Notes: generated by a model from the sequence alone, not told the origin. A DNA stretch of 64,000 nt from Eledone cirrhosa (GCA_964016885.1 OZ024761.1:4464001-4528000), one strand, 5' to 3'. Counted from the stretch's first letter, positions 35,335 through 50,769 are shown. A program made the numbers and translations.

Positions 35335-38300
35335 AAGCGGGGTTGGTGCATTGGTTGTAATCGGTAGAGCTTGTTCTTTTTTCATCGCCCACATATTCCT
35401 GAGAGGGTCCTGAAACACTCCTGAAACACTCCTTCCAGCGGGTCCTCTCAGAAGCAACCATCTCCAACTGATCCGGCCATATTTCCAACCGTAACCAACC
35501 AAGCTCATGGATGTTATCCAACCATGTTGCTCGTGGTCTACCCCTGGGTCTCCTGCAGGGTAGTTTTGTCTGTAAAATCTGACCAGAGATTCTTTCCTGA
35601 AAAATTCTGACCGCATGCCCATAGTATCGGAGCTGTGATCTCTCAATTCAGAGATTCTTTCCTGAGACATTCTAACCACATGCCCATAGTATCGGAGCTG
35701 TGATCTCTCAATTCAGAGATTCTTTCCTGAAAAATTCTGACCGCATGTCCATAGTATCGGAGCTGTGATCTCTCAATTCAGAGATTCCTTCTTGAGACAT
35801 TCTAACCACATGTCCATAGTATCGGAGCTGTGATCTTCCAATTCAGAGATTCTTTCCTGAGACATTCTAACCACATGTCCATAGTATCGGAGCTGTGATC
35901 TCTCAATTCAGAGATTCCTTCTTGAGACATTCTAACCACATGTCCATAGTATCGGAGCTGTGATCTTTCAATTCAGAGATTCTTTCCTGAGACATTCTAA
36001 CCACATGTCCATAGTATCGGAGCTGTGATCTCTCAATTCAGAGATTCCTTCTTGAGACATTCTAACCACATGTCCATAGTATCGGAGCTGTGATCTCTCA
36101 ATTCAGAGATTCCTTCTTGAGACATTCTAACCACATGTCCATAGTATCGGAGCTGTGATCTCTCAATTCAGAGATTCCTTCTTGAGACATTCTAACCACA
36201 TGTCCATAGTATCGGAGCTGTGATCTCTCAATTCAGAGATTCCTTCTTGAGACATTCTAACCACATGTCCATAGTATCGGAGCTGTGATCTCTCAATTCA
36301 GAGATTCCTTCTTGAGACATTCTAACCACATGTCCATAGTATCGGAGCTGTGATCTTTCAATTCAGAGATTCTTTCTTGAGACATTCTAACCACATGTCT
36401 GTAGTATCGGAGCTGTGATCTCTCAATTCAAAGATTCTTTCTTGAGACATTCTAACCCCATGTAGTATCGGAGCTGTGATCTCTCAATTCAGAGATTCTT
36501 TCTTGAGACATTCTAGCCACATGTTTCAGAGATTCTTTCTTGAGACATTCTAACCACATGTCCATAGTATCGGAGCTGTGATCTCTCAATTCAGAGATTC
36601 CTTCTTGAGACATTCTAACCACATGTCCATAGTATCGGAGCTGTGATCTCTCAATTCAGAGATTCCTTCTTGAGACATTCTAACCACATGTCCATAGTAT
36701 CGGAGCTGTGATCTCTCAATTCAGAGATTCTTTCTTGAGACATTCTAACCACATGTCCATAGTATCGGAGCTGTGATTTCTCAATTCAGAGATTCTTTCT
36801 TGAGACATTCTAACCACATGTCCATAGTATCGGAGCTGTGATCTTTCAATTCAGAGATTCTTTCCTGAGACATTCTAACCGCATGCCCGTAGTATCGGAG
36901 CTGTGATCTCTCAATTCAGAGATTCTTTCTTGAGACATTCTAACCACATGCCCGTAGTATCGGAGCTGTGATCTCTCAATTCAGAGATTCTTTCTTGAGA
37001 CATTCTAACCACATGCCCGTAGTATCGGAGCTGTGATCTCTCAATTCAGAGATTCTTTCTTGAGACATTCTAACCACATGCCTGTAGTATCGGAGCTGTG
37101 ATCTCTCAATTCAGAGATTCTTTCTTGAGACATTCTAACCACATGTCCATAGTATCGGAGCTGTGATCTCTCAATTCAGAGATTCTTTCTTGAGACATTC
37201 TAACCACATGTCCATAGTATCGGAGCTGTGATTTCTCAATTCAGAGATTCTTTCTTGAGACATTCTAACCACATGTCCATAGTATCGGAGCTGTGATCTT
37301 TCAATTCAGAGATTCTTTCCTGAGACATTCTAACCGCATGCCCGTAGTATCGGAGCTGTGATCTCTCAATTCAGAGATTCTTTCTTGAGACATTCTAACC
37401 ACATGCCCGTAGTATCGGAGCTGTGATCTCTCAATTCAGAGATTCTTTCTTGAGACATTCTAACCACATGCCCGTAGTATCGGAGCTGTGATCTCTCAAT
37501 TCAGAGATTCTTTCTTGAGACATTCTAACCACATGCCCGTAGTATCGGAGCTGTGATCTCTCAATTCAGAGATTCTTTCTTGAGACATTCTAACCACATG
37601 TCCATAGTATCGGAGCTGTGATCTCTCAATTCAGAGATTCTTTCTTGAGACATTCTAACCACATGCCCGTAGTATCGGAGCTGTGATCTTTCAATTCAGA
37701 GATTCTTTCTTGAGACATTCTAACCACATGTCCATAGTATCGGAGCTGTGATCTCTCAATTCAGAGATTCCTTCTTGAGACATTCTAACCACATGTCCAT
37801 AGTATCGGAGCTGTGATCTCTCAATTCAGAGATTCCTTCTTGAGACATTCTAACCACATGTCCATAGTATCGGAGCTGTGATCTCTCAATTCAGAGATTC
37901 TTTCTTGAGACATTCTAACCACATGCCCGTAGTATCGGAGCTGTGATCTCTCAATTCAGAGATTCTTTCTTGAGACATTCTAACCCCATGTCTGTAGTAT
38001 CGGAGCTGTGATCTCTCAATTCAGAGATTCTTTCTTGAGACATTCTAACCACATGCCCGTAGTATCGGAGCTGTGATCTCTCAATTCAGAGATTCTTTCT
38101 TGAGACATTCTAACCACATGTCCATAGTATTGGAGCTGTGATCTCTCAATTCAGAGATTCTTTCTTGAGACATTCTAACCACATGCCCGTAGTATCGGAG
38201 CTGTGATCTTTCAATTCAGAGATTCTTTCTTGAGACATTCTAACCACATGCCCGTAGTATCGGAGCTGTGATCTCTCAATTCAGAGATTCTTTCTTGAGA

Positions 38301-40775
38301 CATTCTAACCACATGCCCGTAGTATCGGAGCTGTGATCTCTCAATTCAGAGATTCTTTCTTGAGACATTCTAACCACATGCCCGTAGTATCGGAGCTGTG
38401 ATCTCTCAATTCAGAGATTCTTTCTTGAGACATTCTAACCACATGTCCATAGTATCGGAGCTGTGATCTCTCAATTCAGAGATTCTTTCTTGAGACATTC
38501 TAACCACATGCCCGTAGTATCGGAGCTGTGATCTTTCAATTCAGAGATTTTTTCTTGAGACATTCTAACCACATGCCCGTAGTATCGGAGCTGTGATCTC
38601 TCAATTCAGAGATTCTTTCTTGAGACATTCTAACCACATGTCCATAGTATCGGAGCTGTGATCTCTCAATTCAGAGATTCGTTCTTGAGACATTCTAACC
38701 ACATGCCCGTAGTATCGGAGCTGTGATCTCTCAATTCAGAGATTCTTTCTTGAGACATTCTAACCGCATGTCCATAGTATCGGAGCTGTGATCTCTCAAT
38801 TCAGAGAACCTTTCCTGAAAAATTCTGACCGCATGCCCGTAGTATCGGAGCTGTGATCTCTCAATTCAGAGATTCTTTCTTGAGACATTCTAACCACATG
38901 TAGTATCGGAGCTGTGATCTCTCAATTCAGAGAACCTTTCCTGAAAAATTCTGACCGCATGTCCATAGTATCGGAGCTGTGATCTCTCAATTCAGAGATT
39001 CGTTCTTGAGACATTCTAACCACATGCCCGTAGTATCGGAGCTGTGATCTCTCAATTCAGAGATTCTTTCTTGAGACATTCTAAGCGCATGTCCATAGTA
39101 TCGGAGCTGTGATCTCTCAATTCAGAGAACCTTTCCTGAAAAATTCTGACCGCATGCCCGTAGTATCGGAGCTGTGATCTCTCAATTCAGAGATTCTTTC
39201 TTGAGACATTCTAACCACATGTCCATAGTATCGGAGCTGTGATTTCTCAATTCAGAGATTCTTTCTTGAGACATTCTAACCACATGTAGTATCGGAGCTG
39301 TGATCTCTCAATTCAGAGATTCTTTCTTGAGACATTCTAACCACATGTCCATAGTATCGGAGCTGTGATCTTTCAATTCAGAGATTCTTTCTTGAGACAT
39401 TCTAACCACATGCCCGTAGTATCGGAGCTGTGATCTCTCAATTCAGAGATTCTTTCTTGAGACATTCTAACCGCATGTCCATAGTATCGGAGCTGTGATC
39501 TCTCAAATCAGAGATTCTTTCCTGAGACATTCTAGCCACATGTCTGTAGTATCGGAGCTGTGATCTCTCAATTCAGAGATTCTTTCTTGAGACATTCTAA
39601 CCACATGTCCATAGTATCGGAACTGTGTTCTCTCAATTCAGAGATTCTTTCTTGAGACATTCTAACCACATGTCTGTAGTATCGGAGCTGTGATCTCTCA
39701 ATTCAGAGATTCTTTCTTGAGACATTCTAACCACATGTCTGTAGTATCGGAGCTGTGATCTCTCAATTCAGAGATTCTTTCTTGAGACATTCTAACCACA
39801 TGTCTGTAGTATCGGAGCTGTGATCTCTCAATTCAGAGATTCTTTCTTGAGACATTCTAACCACATGTCCATAGTATCGGAGCTGTGATTTCTCAATTCA
39901 GAGATTCTTTCTTGAGACATTCTAACCACATGTAGTATCGGAGCTGTGATCTCTCAATTCAGAGATTCTTTCTTGAGACATTCTAACCACATGTCCATAG
40001 TATCGGAGCTGTGATCTTTCAATTCAGAGATTCTTTCTTGAGACATTCTAACCACATGCCCGTAGTATCGGAGCTGTGATCTCTCAATTCAGAGATTCTT
40101 TCTTGAGACATTCTAACCGCATGTCCATAGTATCGGAGCTGTGATCTCTCAAATCAGAGATTCTTTCCTGAGACATTCTAGCCACATGTCTGTAGTATCG
40201 GAGCTGTGATCTCTCAATTCAGAGATTCTTTCTTGAGACATTCTAACCACATGTCCATAGTATCGGAACTGTGTTCTCTCAATTCAGAGATTCTTTCTTG
40301 AGACATTCTAACCACATGTCTGTAGTATCGGAGCTGTGATCTCTCAATTCAGAGATTCTTTCTTGAGACATTCTAACCACATGTCTGTAGTATCGGAGCT
40401 GTGATCTCTCAATTCAGAGATTCTTTCTTGAGACATTCTAACCACATGTCTGTAGTATCGGAGCTGTGATCTCTCAATTCAGAGATTCTTTCTTGAGACA
40501 TTCTAACCACATGTCCATAGTATCGGAGCTGTGATCTCTCAATCCAGAGATTCTTTCTTGAGACATTCTAACCCATATCCATAGTATCGGAGCTGTGATC
40601 TCTCAATTCGGAGAAGTAGTGGCTCTACCTGGAGAGACTCACTCATCTCCGAGCTACGCATTTTATCGAATAACATTAGTCCGAAGATCCTTCGGAGGAA
40701 TCCCATTTTGGCTGCTTGTATTCATGATCGCATTCTTTTGGTCATTACCCAAGATTCATGACCATAGGTAAGGTA
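35335..40775 (-). mobile_element. RTE-like LINE 3' remnant split by an internally derived satellite
   Basis: The right flank reads LTYGHESWVMTK..IQAAKMGFLRRIFG...LLLRIERSQLRYYG. The left flank continues QERISGQIL...RRPRGRPRATWLDNI. Confidence 0.85.
35585..40609. repeat. 65-bp minisatellite, about 77 units
   Basis: Unit agagattctttcttgagacattctaaccacatgtccatagtatcggagctgtgatctctcaattc. Confidence 0.97.
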
Positions 40776-40789
40776 GATTATAAAGTGAT

Positions 40790-40985
40790 CGATAGAGCGT
40801 CGGATAATATTATTTGTGGTAATTAGAACGACTTCCTAGGTTTTGTGCTCAAATCACACCACAGTCAACTTTGGCTTTCATCCTTGTGAGATTGAGAAAA
40901 TAAAGTACCAGTAATGAAGTGAGGGTGAATGCAATCGACTTTCCTCTTCCCCTCAAATTTCTGGCCTTGAGTTAGAAACATTAAT
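40790..40985 (+). mobile_element. Old diverged Nin/Deu-domain SINE
   Basis: gtcaactttggctttcatcc...aaaataaagtaccagt. Confidence 0.65.
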
Positions 40986-41141
40986 ACTGCTGCCTTCTGA
41001 CGTCACCGAGTAATTTCTTTTATCAGTGTTTTTGTTTGTAGGAGACATTACTAGGAAATCTTTATTCAAAAATATCGATTAAATTATATAATGTTATAAT
41101 GTGAACAAGGAAACAAACAGTGTAAGTAATGGGGTGGAGGA

Positions 41142-44100
41142 CTCTACACTCCAGTCTGGCCAGTATATCTCAGCTGCACTCTACACTCCAGTCTGGCCAG
41201 TATATCTCAACTGCACTCTACACTCCAGTCTGGCCAGTATATCTCAACTGCAGTCTACACTCCAGTCTGGCCAGTATATCTCAGCTGCACACTACACTCC
41301 AGTCTGGCCAGTATATCTCAGCTGCACTCTACACTCCAGTCTGGCCAGTATATCTCAACTGCACTCTACACTCCAGTCTGGCCAGTATATCTCAACTGCA
41401 CTCTACACTCCAGTCTGGCCAGTATATCTCAGTTGCACTCTACACTCCAGTCTGGCCAGTATATCTCAACTGCACTCTACACTCCAGTCTGGCCAGTATA
41501 TCTCAACTGCACTCTACACTCCAGACTGGCAGTATATCTCAGCTGGACTCTACACTCCAGTCTGGCCAGTATATCTCAGTTGCACTCTACACTCCAGTCT
41601 GGCCAGTATATCTCAACTGCACTCTACACTCCAGTCTGGCCAGTATATCTCAACTGCACTCTACACTCCAGTCTGGCAGTATATCTCAACTGCACTCTAC
41701 ACTCCAGTCTGGCCAGTATATCTCAACTGCACTCTACACTCCAGACTGGCAGTATATCTCAACTGCACTCTACACTCCAGTCTGGCCAGTATATCTCAAC
41801 TGCACTCTACACTCCAGACTGGCAGTATATCTCAGCTGGACTCTACACTCCAGTCTGGCCAGTATATCTCAGTTGCACTCTACACTCCAGTCTGGCCAGT
41901 ATATCTCAACTGCACTCTACACTCCAGTCTGGCCAGTATATCTCAACTGCACTCTACACTCCAGTCTGGCAGTATATCTCAACTGCACTCTACACTCCAG
42001 ACTGGCAGTATATCTCAACTGCACTCTACACTCCAGTCTGGCCAGTATATCTCAACTGCACTCTACACTCCAGACTGGCAGTATATCTCAACTGCACTCT
42101 ACACTCCACACTGGGCAGTATATCTCAACTGCACTCTACACTCCAGTCTGGCCAGTATATCTCAACTGCACTCTACACTCCAGTCTGGGCAGTATATCTC
42201 AGCTGCACTCTACACTCCAGACTGGGCAGTATATCTCAGCTGCACTCTACACTCCAGTCTGGCCAGTATATCTCAGCTGCACTCTACACTCCAGTCTGGC
42301 AGTATATCTCAGCTGCACTCTACACTCAAGACTGGGCAGTATATCTCAACTGCACTCTACACTCCAGACTGGCAGTATATCTCAGCTGCACTCTACACTC
42401 CAGACTGGCCAGTATATCTCAGCTGCACACTACACTCCAGTCTGGGCAGTATATCTCAGCTGCACTCTACACTCCAGACTGGCCAGTATATCTCAGCTGC
42501 ACACTACACTCCAGTCTGGGCAGTATATCTCAACTGCACTCTACACTCCAGACTGGCCAGTATATCTCAGCTGCACTCTACACTCCAGTCTGGCCAGTAT
42601 ATCTCAGCTGCACTCTACACTCCAGTCTGGCAGTATATCTCAGCTGCACTCTACACTCAAGACTGGGCAGTATATCTCAACTGCACTCTACACTCCAGAC
42701 TGGCAGTATATCTCAGCTGCACTCTACACTCCAGACTGGCCAGTATATCTCAGCTGCACACTACACTCCAGTCTGGGCGGTATATCTCAGCTGCACTCTA
42801 CACTCCAGACTGGCCAGTATATCTCAGCTGCACTCTACACTCCAGACTGGGCGGTATATCTCAGCTGCACTCTACACTCCAGACTGGCCAGTATATCTCA
42901 GCTGCACTCTACACTCCAGACTGGCCAGTATATCTCAGCTGCACACTACACTCCAGTCTGGGCAGTATATCTCAGCTGCACTCTACACTCCAGACTGGCC
43001 AGTATATCTCAGCTGCACACTACACTCCAGTCTGGGCAGTATATCTCAGCTGCACTCTACACTCCAGACTGGCCAGTATATCTCAGCTGCACTCTACACT
43101 CCAGTCTGGCAGTATATCTCAGCTGCACACTACACTCCAGTCTGGGCAGTATATCTCAGCTGCACTCTACACTCCAGACTGGCCAATATATCTCAGCTGC
43201 ACTCTACACTCCAGTCTGGCAGTATATCTCAGCTGCACTCTACACTCAAGACTGGGCAGTATATCTCAGCTGCACTCTACACTCCAGATTGAGCAGTATA
43301 TCTCAGTTGCACTCTACACTCCAGACTGGGCGGTATATCTCAGCTGCACTCTACACTCCAGACTGGGCGGTATATCTCAGCTGCACTCTACACTCCAGAC
43401 TGGGCAGTATATCTCAGCTGCACTCAACACTCCAGACTGGGCAGTATATCTCAGCTGCACTCTACACTCCAGTCTGGCCAGTATATCTCAGCTGCACTCT
43501 ACACTCCAGTCTGGCAGTATATCTCAGCTGCACTCTACACTCAAGACTGGGCAGTATATCTCAGCTGCACTCTACACTCCAGATTGGGCAGTATATCTCA
43601 GTTGCACTCTACACTCCAGATTGGGCAGTATATCTCAGCTGCACTCTACACTCCAGATTGGGCAGTATATCTCAACTGCACTCTACACTCCAGATTGGGC
43701 AGTATATCTCAGCTGCACTCTACACTCCAGATTGGGCAGTATATCTCAGCTGCACTCTACATTTCTACACTCCAGACTGGGCGGTATATCTCAGCTGCAC
43801 TCTACACACCAGTCTGGCCAGTATATCTCAGCTGCACTCTACATTCCAGAATGGGCAGTATATCTCAGCTGCACTCTACACTCCACACTGGGCGGTATAT
43901 CTCAGCTGCACTCTACACTCCACACTGGGCGGTATATCTCAGCTGCACTCTAAACTCCAGTCTGGCCAGTATATCTCAGCTGCACTCTACATTCCAGAAT
44001 GGGCAGTATATCTCAGCTGCACTCTACACTCCAGACAGGGCAGTATATCTCAGCTGCACTCTACATTTCTACACTCCAGACTGGGCGGTATATCTCAACT

Positions 44101-46740
44101 GCACTCTACACTCCAGACTGGGCGTATATCTCAGCTGCACTCTACACTCCAGACTGGGCGGTATATCTCAGCTGCACACTACACTCCAGTCTGGCCAGTA
44201 TATCTCAGCTGCACTCTACACTCCAGACTGGGCAGTATATCTCAGCTGCACTCTACATTTCTACACTCCAGACTGGGCGGTATATCTCAACTGCACTCTA
44301 CACTCCAGACTGGGCGGTATATCTCAGCTGCACTCTACACTCCAGACCGGGCGGTATATCTCAGCTGCACTCTACACTCCAGACCGGGCGGTATATCTCA
44401 GCTGCACTCTACACTCCAGACTGGCCAGTATATTTCAGCTGCACTCTACACTCCAGACTGGCCAGTATATCTCAGCTGCACTCAACACTCCAGACTTGGC
44501 GGTATATCTCAGCTGCACTCTACACTCCAGACTGGGCGGTATATCTCAGCTGCACTCTACACTCCAGACTGGCCAGTATATCTCAGCTGCACTCTACACT
44601 CCAGACTGGGCGGTATATCTCAGCTGCACTCTACACTCCAGACTGGCCAGTATATCTCAGCTGCACTCTACACTCCAGACTGGCCAGTATATCTCAGCTG
44701 CACTCTACACTCCAGACCGGGCGGTATATCTCAGCTGCACTCTACACTCCAGACTGGGCGGTATATCTCAGCTGCACTCTACACTCCAGACTGGGCAGTA
44801 TATCTCAACTGCACTCTACACTCCACACTGGGCAGTATATCTCAGCTGCACTCTACACTCCAGACTGGGCAGTATATCTCAGCTGCACTCTACACTCCAC
44901 ACTGGCCAGTATATCTCAGCTGCACTCTACACTCCAGACTGGGCAGTATATCTCAGCTGCACTCTACACTCCAGACTGGCCAGTATATCTCAACTGCACA
45001 CTACACTCCACACTGGCCAGTATATCTCAGCTGCACTCTACACTCCAGACTGGGCAGTATATCTCAGCTGCACTCTACACTCCAGACCGGGCGGTATATC
45101 TCAGCTGCACTCTACACTCCAGACTGGGCGGTATATCTCAGCTGCACTCTACACTCCAGACTGGGCAGTATATCTCAACTGCACACTACACTCCACACTG
45201 GCCAGTATATCTCAGCTGCACTCTACACTCCAGACTGGGCAGTATATCTCAGCTGCACTCTACACTCCAGACTGGCCAGTATATCTCAGCTGCACTCTAC
45301 ACTCCAGACTGGCTAGTATATCTCAGCTGCACTCTACACTCCAGACTGGCCAGTATATCTCAGCTGCACTCTACACTCCAGTCTGGCAGTATATCTCAGC
45401 TGCACTCTACACTCCAGACTGGCCAGTATATCTCAGCTGCACACTACACTCCAGACTGGGCAGTATATCTCAGCTGCACTCTACACTCCAGTCTGGCCAG
45501 TATATCTCAGCTGCACTCTACACTCCAGTCTGGCAGTATATCTCAGCTGCACTCTACACTCCAGACTGGCCAGTATATCTCAGCTGCACACTACACTCCA
45601 GACTGGGCAGTATATCTCAGCTGCACTCTACACTCCAGACTGGCCAGTATATCTCAGCTGCACTCTACACTCCAGACTGGGCAGTATATCTCAGCTGCAC
45701 TCTACACTCCAGACTGGCCAGTATATCTCAGCTGCACACTACACTCCACACTGGCCAGTATATCTCAGCTGCACTCTACACTCCAGACTGGCCAGTATAT
45801 CTCAGCTGCACTCTACACTCCAGACTGGCTAGTATATCTCAGCTGCACTCTACACTCCAGACTGGCCAGTATATCTCAGCTGCACACTACACTCCAGTCT
45901 GGCCAGTATATCTCAGCTGCACTCTACACTCCAGTCTGGCCAGTATATCTCAGCTGCACTCTACATTTCTACACTCCAGACTGGGTGGTATATCTCAACT
46001 GCACTCTACACTCCAGTCTGGCCAGTATATCTCAGCTGCACTCTACACTCCAGACTGGGCAGTATATCTCAGCTGCACTCTACACTCCAGTCTGGCCAGT
46101 ATATCTCAACTGCACTCTACACTCCAGTCTGGCCAGTATATCTCAGCTGCACTCTACACTCCAGACTGGGCGGTATATCACAGCTGCACTCTACACTCCA
46201 GACTGGGTGGTATATCTCAACTGCACTCTACACTCCAGACTGGGCAGTATGTCTCAGCTGCACTCTACATTTCTACACTCCAGACTGGGCAGTATATCTC
46301 AGCTGCACTCTACATTTCTACACTCCAGACTTGGCGGTATATCTCAGCTGCACTCTACACTCCAGACTGGCCAGTATATTTCAGCTGCACTCTACACTCC
46401 AGACTGGCCAGTATATCTCAGCTGCACTCTACACTCCAGACTTGGCGGTATATCTCAGCTGCACTCTACACTCCAGACTGGCTAGTATATCTCAGCTGCA
46501 CTCTACACTCCAGACTGGCCAGTATATTTCAGCTGCACTCTACACTCCAGACTGGCCATTATATCTCAGCTGCACTATACACTTCAGACTGGACGGTACA
46601 TCTCAGCTGCACTCTACACTCCAGTCTGGCCAGTATATCTCAGCTGCACTCTACACTCCAGACTGGACGGTACATCTCAGCTGCACTCTACACTCCAGTC
46701 TGGGCAGTATATCTCAGCTGCACTCTACACTCAAGACTGA
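41142..46740. repeat. 36-37-bp minisatellite, about 150 units
   Basis: Unit ctctacactccagactggccagtatatctcagctgca. Confidence 0.97.
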
Positions 46741-49700
46741 ACTGTACTGTCACTCCCCTGTAGACCTCTACAGTCACAGTAGTACTGTCACTCCCCTGTA
46801 GACCTGTACAGTCACAGTAGTACTGTCACTCCCCTGTAGACCTGTACAGTCACAGTAGTACTGTCACTCCCCTGTAGACCTGTACAGTCACAGTAGTACT
46901 GTCACTCCCCTGTAGACCTGTACAGTCACAGTAGTACTGTCACTCCCCTGTAGACCTGTACAGTCACAGTAGTACTGTCACTCCACTGTAGACCTGTACA
47001 GTCACAGTAGTACTGTCACTCCACTGTAGACCTGTACAGTCACAATAGTACTGTCACTCCCCTGTAGACCTGTACAGTCACAGTAGTACTGTCACTCCAC
47101 TGTAGACCTGTACAGTCACAGTAGTACTGTCACTCCACTGTAGACCACTACAGTCACAGTAGTACTGTCACTCCACTGTAGACCTGTACAGTCACAGTAG
47201 TACTGTCACTCCCCTGTAGACCTGTACAGTCACAGTAGTACTGTCACTCCACTGTAGACCTGTACAGTCACAGTAGTACTGTCACTCCCCTGTAGACTTG
47301 TACAGTCACAATAGTACTGTCACTCCCCTGTAGACCTGTACAGTCACAGTAGTACTGTCACTCCACTGTAGACCTGTACAGTCACAGTAGTACTGTCACT
47401 CCCCTGTAGACTTGTACAGTCACAATAGTACTGTCACTCCCCTGTAGACCTGTACAGTCACAGTAGTACTGTCACTCCCCTGTAGACCTGTACAGTCACA
47501 ATAGTACTGTCACTCCCCTGTAGACCTGTACAGTCACAATAGTACTGTCACTCCCCTGTAGACCTGTACAGTCACAGTAGTACTGTCACTCCACTGTAGA
47601 CCTGTACAGTCACAGTAGTACTGTCACTCCCCTGTAGACTTGTACAGTCACAATAGTACTGTCACTCCCTTGTAGACCTGTACAGTCACAGTAGTACTGT
47701 CACTCCCCTGTAGACCTGTACAGTCACAATAGTACTGTCACTCCCCTGTAGACCTGTACAGTCACAATAGTACTGTCACTCCCCTGTAGACCTGTACAGT
47801 CACAGTAGTACTGTCACTCCACTGTAGACCTGTACAGTCACAGTAGTACTGTCACTCCCCTGTAGACTTGTACAGTCACAATAGTACTGTCACTCCCCTG
47901 TAGACCTGTACAGTCACAGTAGTACTGTCACTCCACTGTAGACCTGTACAGTCACAGTAGTACTGTCACTCCCCTGTAGACCTGTACAGTCACAGTAGTA
48001 CTGTCACTCCACTGTAGACCTGTACAGTCACAGTAGTACTGTCACTCCACTGTAGACCTGTACAGTCACAGTAGTACTGTCACTCCCCTGTATACCTGTA
48101 CATTCACAGTAGTACTGTCACTCCCCTGTAGACCTGTACAGTCACAGTAGTACTGTCACTCCCCTGTAGACCTGTACAGTCACAGTAGTACTGTCACTCC
48201 ACTGTAGACCTGTACAGCAACAGTAGTACTGTCACTCCACTGTAGACCACTACAGTCACAGTAGTACTGTCACTCCACTGTAGACCTGTACAGTCACAGT
48301 AGTACTGTCACTCCACTGTAGACCTGTACAGTCACAGTAGTACTGTCACTCCACTGTAGACCTGTACAGTCACTGTAGTACTGTCACTCCACTGTAGACC
48401 ACTACAGTCACAGTAGTACTGTCACTCCACTGTAGACCTGTACAGTCACAGTAGTACTGTCACTCCACTGTATACCTGTACAGTCACAGTAGTACTGTCA
48501 CTCCAGTGTAGACCTCTACAGTCACAGTAGTACTGTCACTCCCCTGTAGACCTGTACAGTCACAGTAGTACTGTCACTCCAGGTTAGACCTGTACAGTCA
48601 CAGTAGTACTGTCACTCCACTGTAGACCTGTACAGTTACAGTAGTACTGTCACTCCACTGTAGACCACTACTGTCACAGTAGTACTGTCACTCCACTGTA
48701 GACCTGTACAGTCACAGTAGTACTGTCACTCCCCTGTAGACCTGTACAGTCACAGTAGTACTGTCCCTCCCCTGTAGACCTGTACAGTCACAGTAGTACT
48801 GTCACTCCACTGTAGACCTGTACAGTCACAGTAGTACTGTCACTCCCCTGTAGACCTGTACAGTCACAGTAGTACTGTCACTCCACTGTAGACCTGTACA
48901 GTCACAGTAGTACTGTCCCTCCCCTGTAGACCTGTACAGTCACAGTAGTACTGTCCTTCCCCTGTAGACCTGTACAGTCACAATAGTACTGTCACTCCCC
49001 TGTAGACATGTACAGTCACAGTAGTACTGTCCCTCCCCTGTAGACCTGTACAGTCACAGTAGTACTGTCGCTCCCCTGTAGACCTGTACAGTCACAGTAG
49101 TACTGTCACTCCACTGTAGACCTGTACAGTCACAGTAGTACTGTCACTCCCCTGTAGACATGTACAGTCACAGTAGTACTGTCACTCCCCTGTAGACCTG
49201 TACAGTCACAGTAGTACTGTCCCTCCCCTGTAGACCTGTACAGTCACAGTAGTACTGTCACTCCACTGTAGACCTGTACAGTCACTGTAGTACTGTCACT
49301 CCACTGTAGACCACTACAGTCACAGTAGTACTGTCACTCCACTGTAGACCTGTACAGTCACAGTAGTACTGTCACTCCACTGTATACCTGTACAGTCACA
49401 GTAGTACTGTCACTCCCCTGTAGACCTGTACAGTCACAGTAGTACTGTCCCTCCCCTGTAGACCTGTACAGTCACAGTAGTACTGTCACTCCAGGTTAGA
49501 CCTGTACAGTCACAGTAGTACTGTCACTCCACTGTAGACCTGTACAGTTACAGTAGTACTGTCACTCCACTGTAGACCACTACTGTCACAGTAGTACTGT
49601 CACTCCACTGTAGACCTGTACAGTCACAGTAGTACTGTCACTCCCCTGTAGACCTGTACAGTCACAGTAGTACTGTCCCTCCCCTGTAGACCTGTACAGT

Positions 49701-50769
49701 CACAGTAGTACTGTCACTCCACTGTAGACCTGTACAGTCACAGTAGTACTGTCACTCCCCTGTAGACCTGTACAGTCACAGTAGTACTGTCACTCCACTG
49801 TAGACCTGTACAGTCACAGTAGTACTGTCCCTCCCCTGTAGACCTGTACAGTCACAGTAGTACTGTCCTTCCCCTGTAGACCTGTACAGTCACAATAGTA
49901 CTGTCACTCCCCTGTAGACATGTACAGTCACAGTAGTACTGTCCCTCCCCTGTAGACCTGTACAGTCACAGTAGTACTGTCGCTCCCCTGTAGACCTGTA
50001 CAGTCACAGTAGTACTGTCACTCCACTGTAGACCTGTACAGTCACAGTAGTACTGTCACTCCCCTGTAGACATGTACAGTCACAGTAGTACTGTCACTCC
50101 CCTGTAGACCTGTACAGTCACAGTAGTACTGTCCCTCCCCTGTAGACCTGTACAGTCACAGTAGTACTGTCACTCCACTGTTGACCACTACAGTCACAGT
50201 AGTACTGTCACTCCACTGTAGACCTGTACACTCACAGTAGTACTGTCACTCCACTGTACACCTGTACACTCACAGTAGTACTGTCACTCCCCTGTAGACC
50301 TGTACAGTCACAGTAGTACTGTCACTCCACTGTAGACCTGTACAGTCACAGTAGTACTGTCACTCCACTGTAGACCTGTACAGTCACAGTAGTACTGTCA
50401 CTCCACTGTAGACCTGTACAGTCACAGTAGTACTGTCACTCCCCTGTAGACCTGTACAGTCACAGTAGTATTGTCACTCCCCTGTAGACCTGTACAGTCA
50501 CAGTAGTACTGTCCATCCACTGTAGACCTGTACAGTCACAGTAGTACTGTCACTCCCCTGTAGACCTGTACAGTCACAGTAGTACTGTCACTCCCCTGTA
50601 GACCTGTACAGTCACAGTAGTACTGTCACTCCACTGTAGACCTGTACAGTCACAGTAGTACTGTCACTCCCCTGTAGACCTCTACAGTCACAGTAGTACT
50701 GTCACTCCACTGCAGACCTGTACAGTCACAGTAGTACTGTCACTCCACTGTAGACCTGTACAGTCACAG
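46741..50769. repeat. 38-bp minisatellite, about 105 units, abutting the 37-bp array
   Basis: Unit cagtagtactgtcactcccctgtagacctgtacagtca. Confidence 0.97.

Noticed and set aside
41101-46801. ORFs of 600-1400 aa
   Set aside because: They are translations of a stop-free 36/37-bp satellite, open in all three frames.
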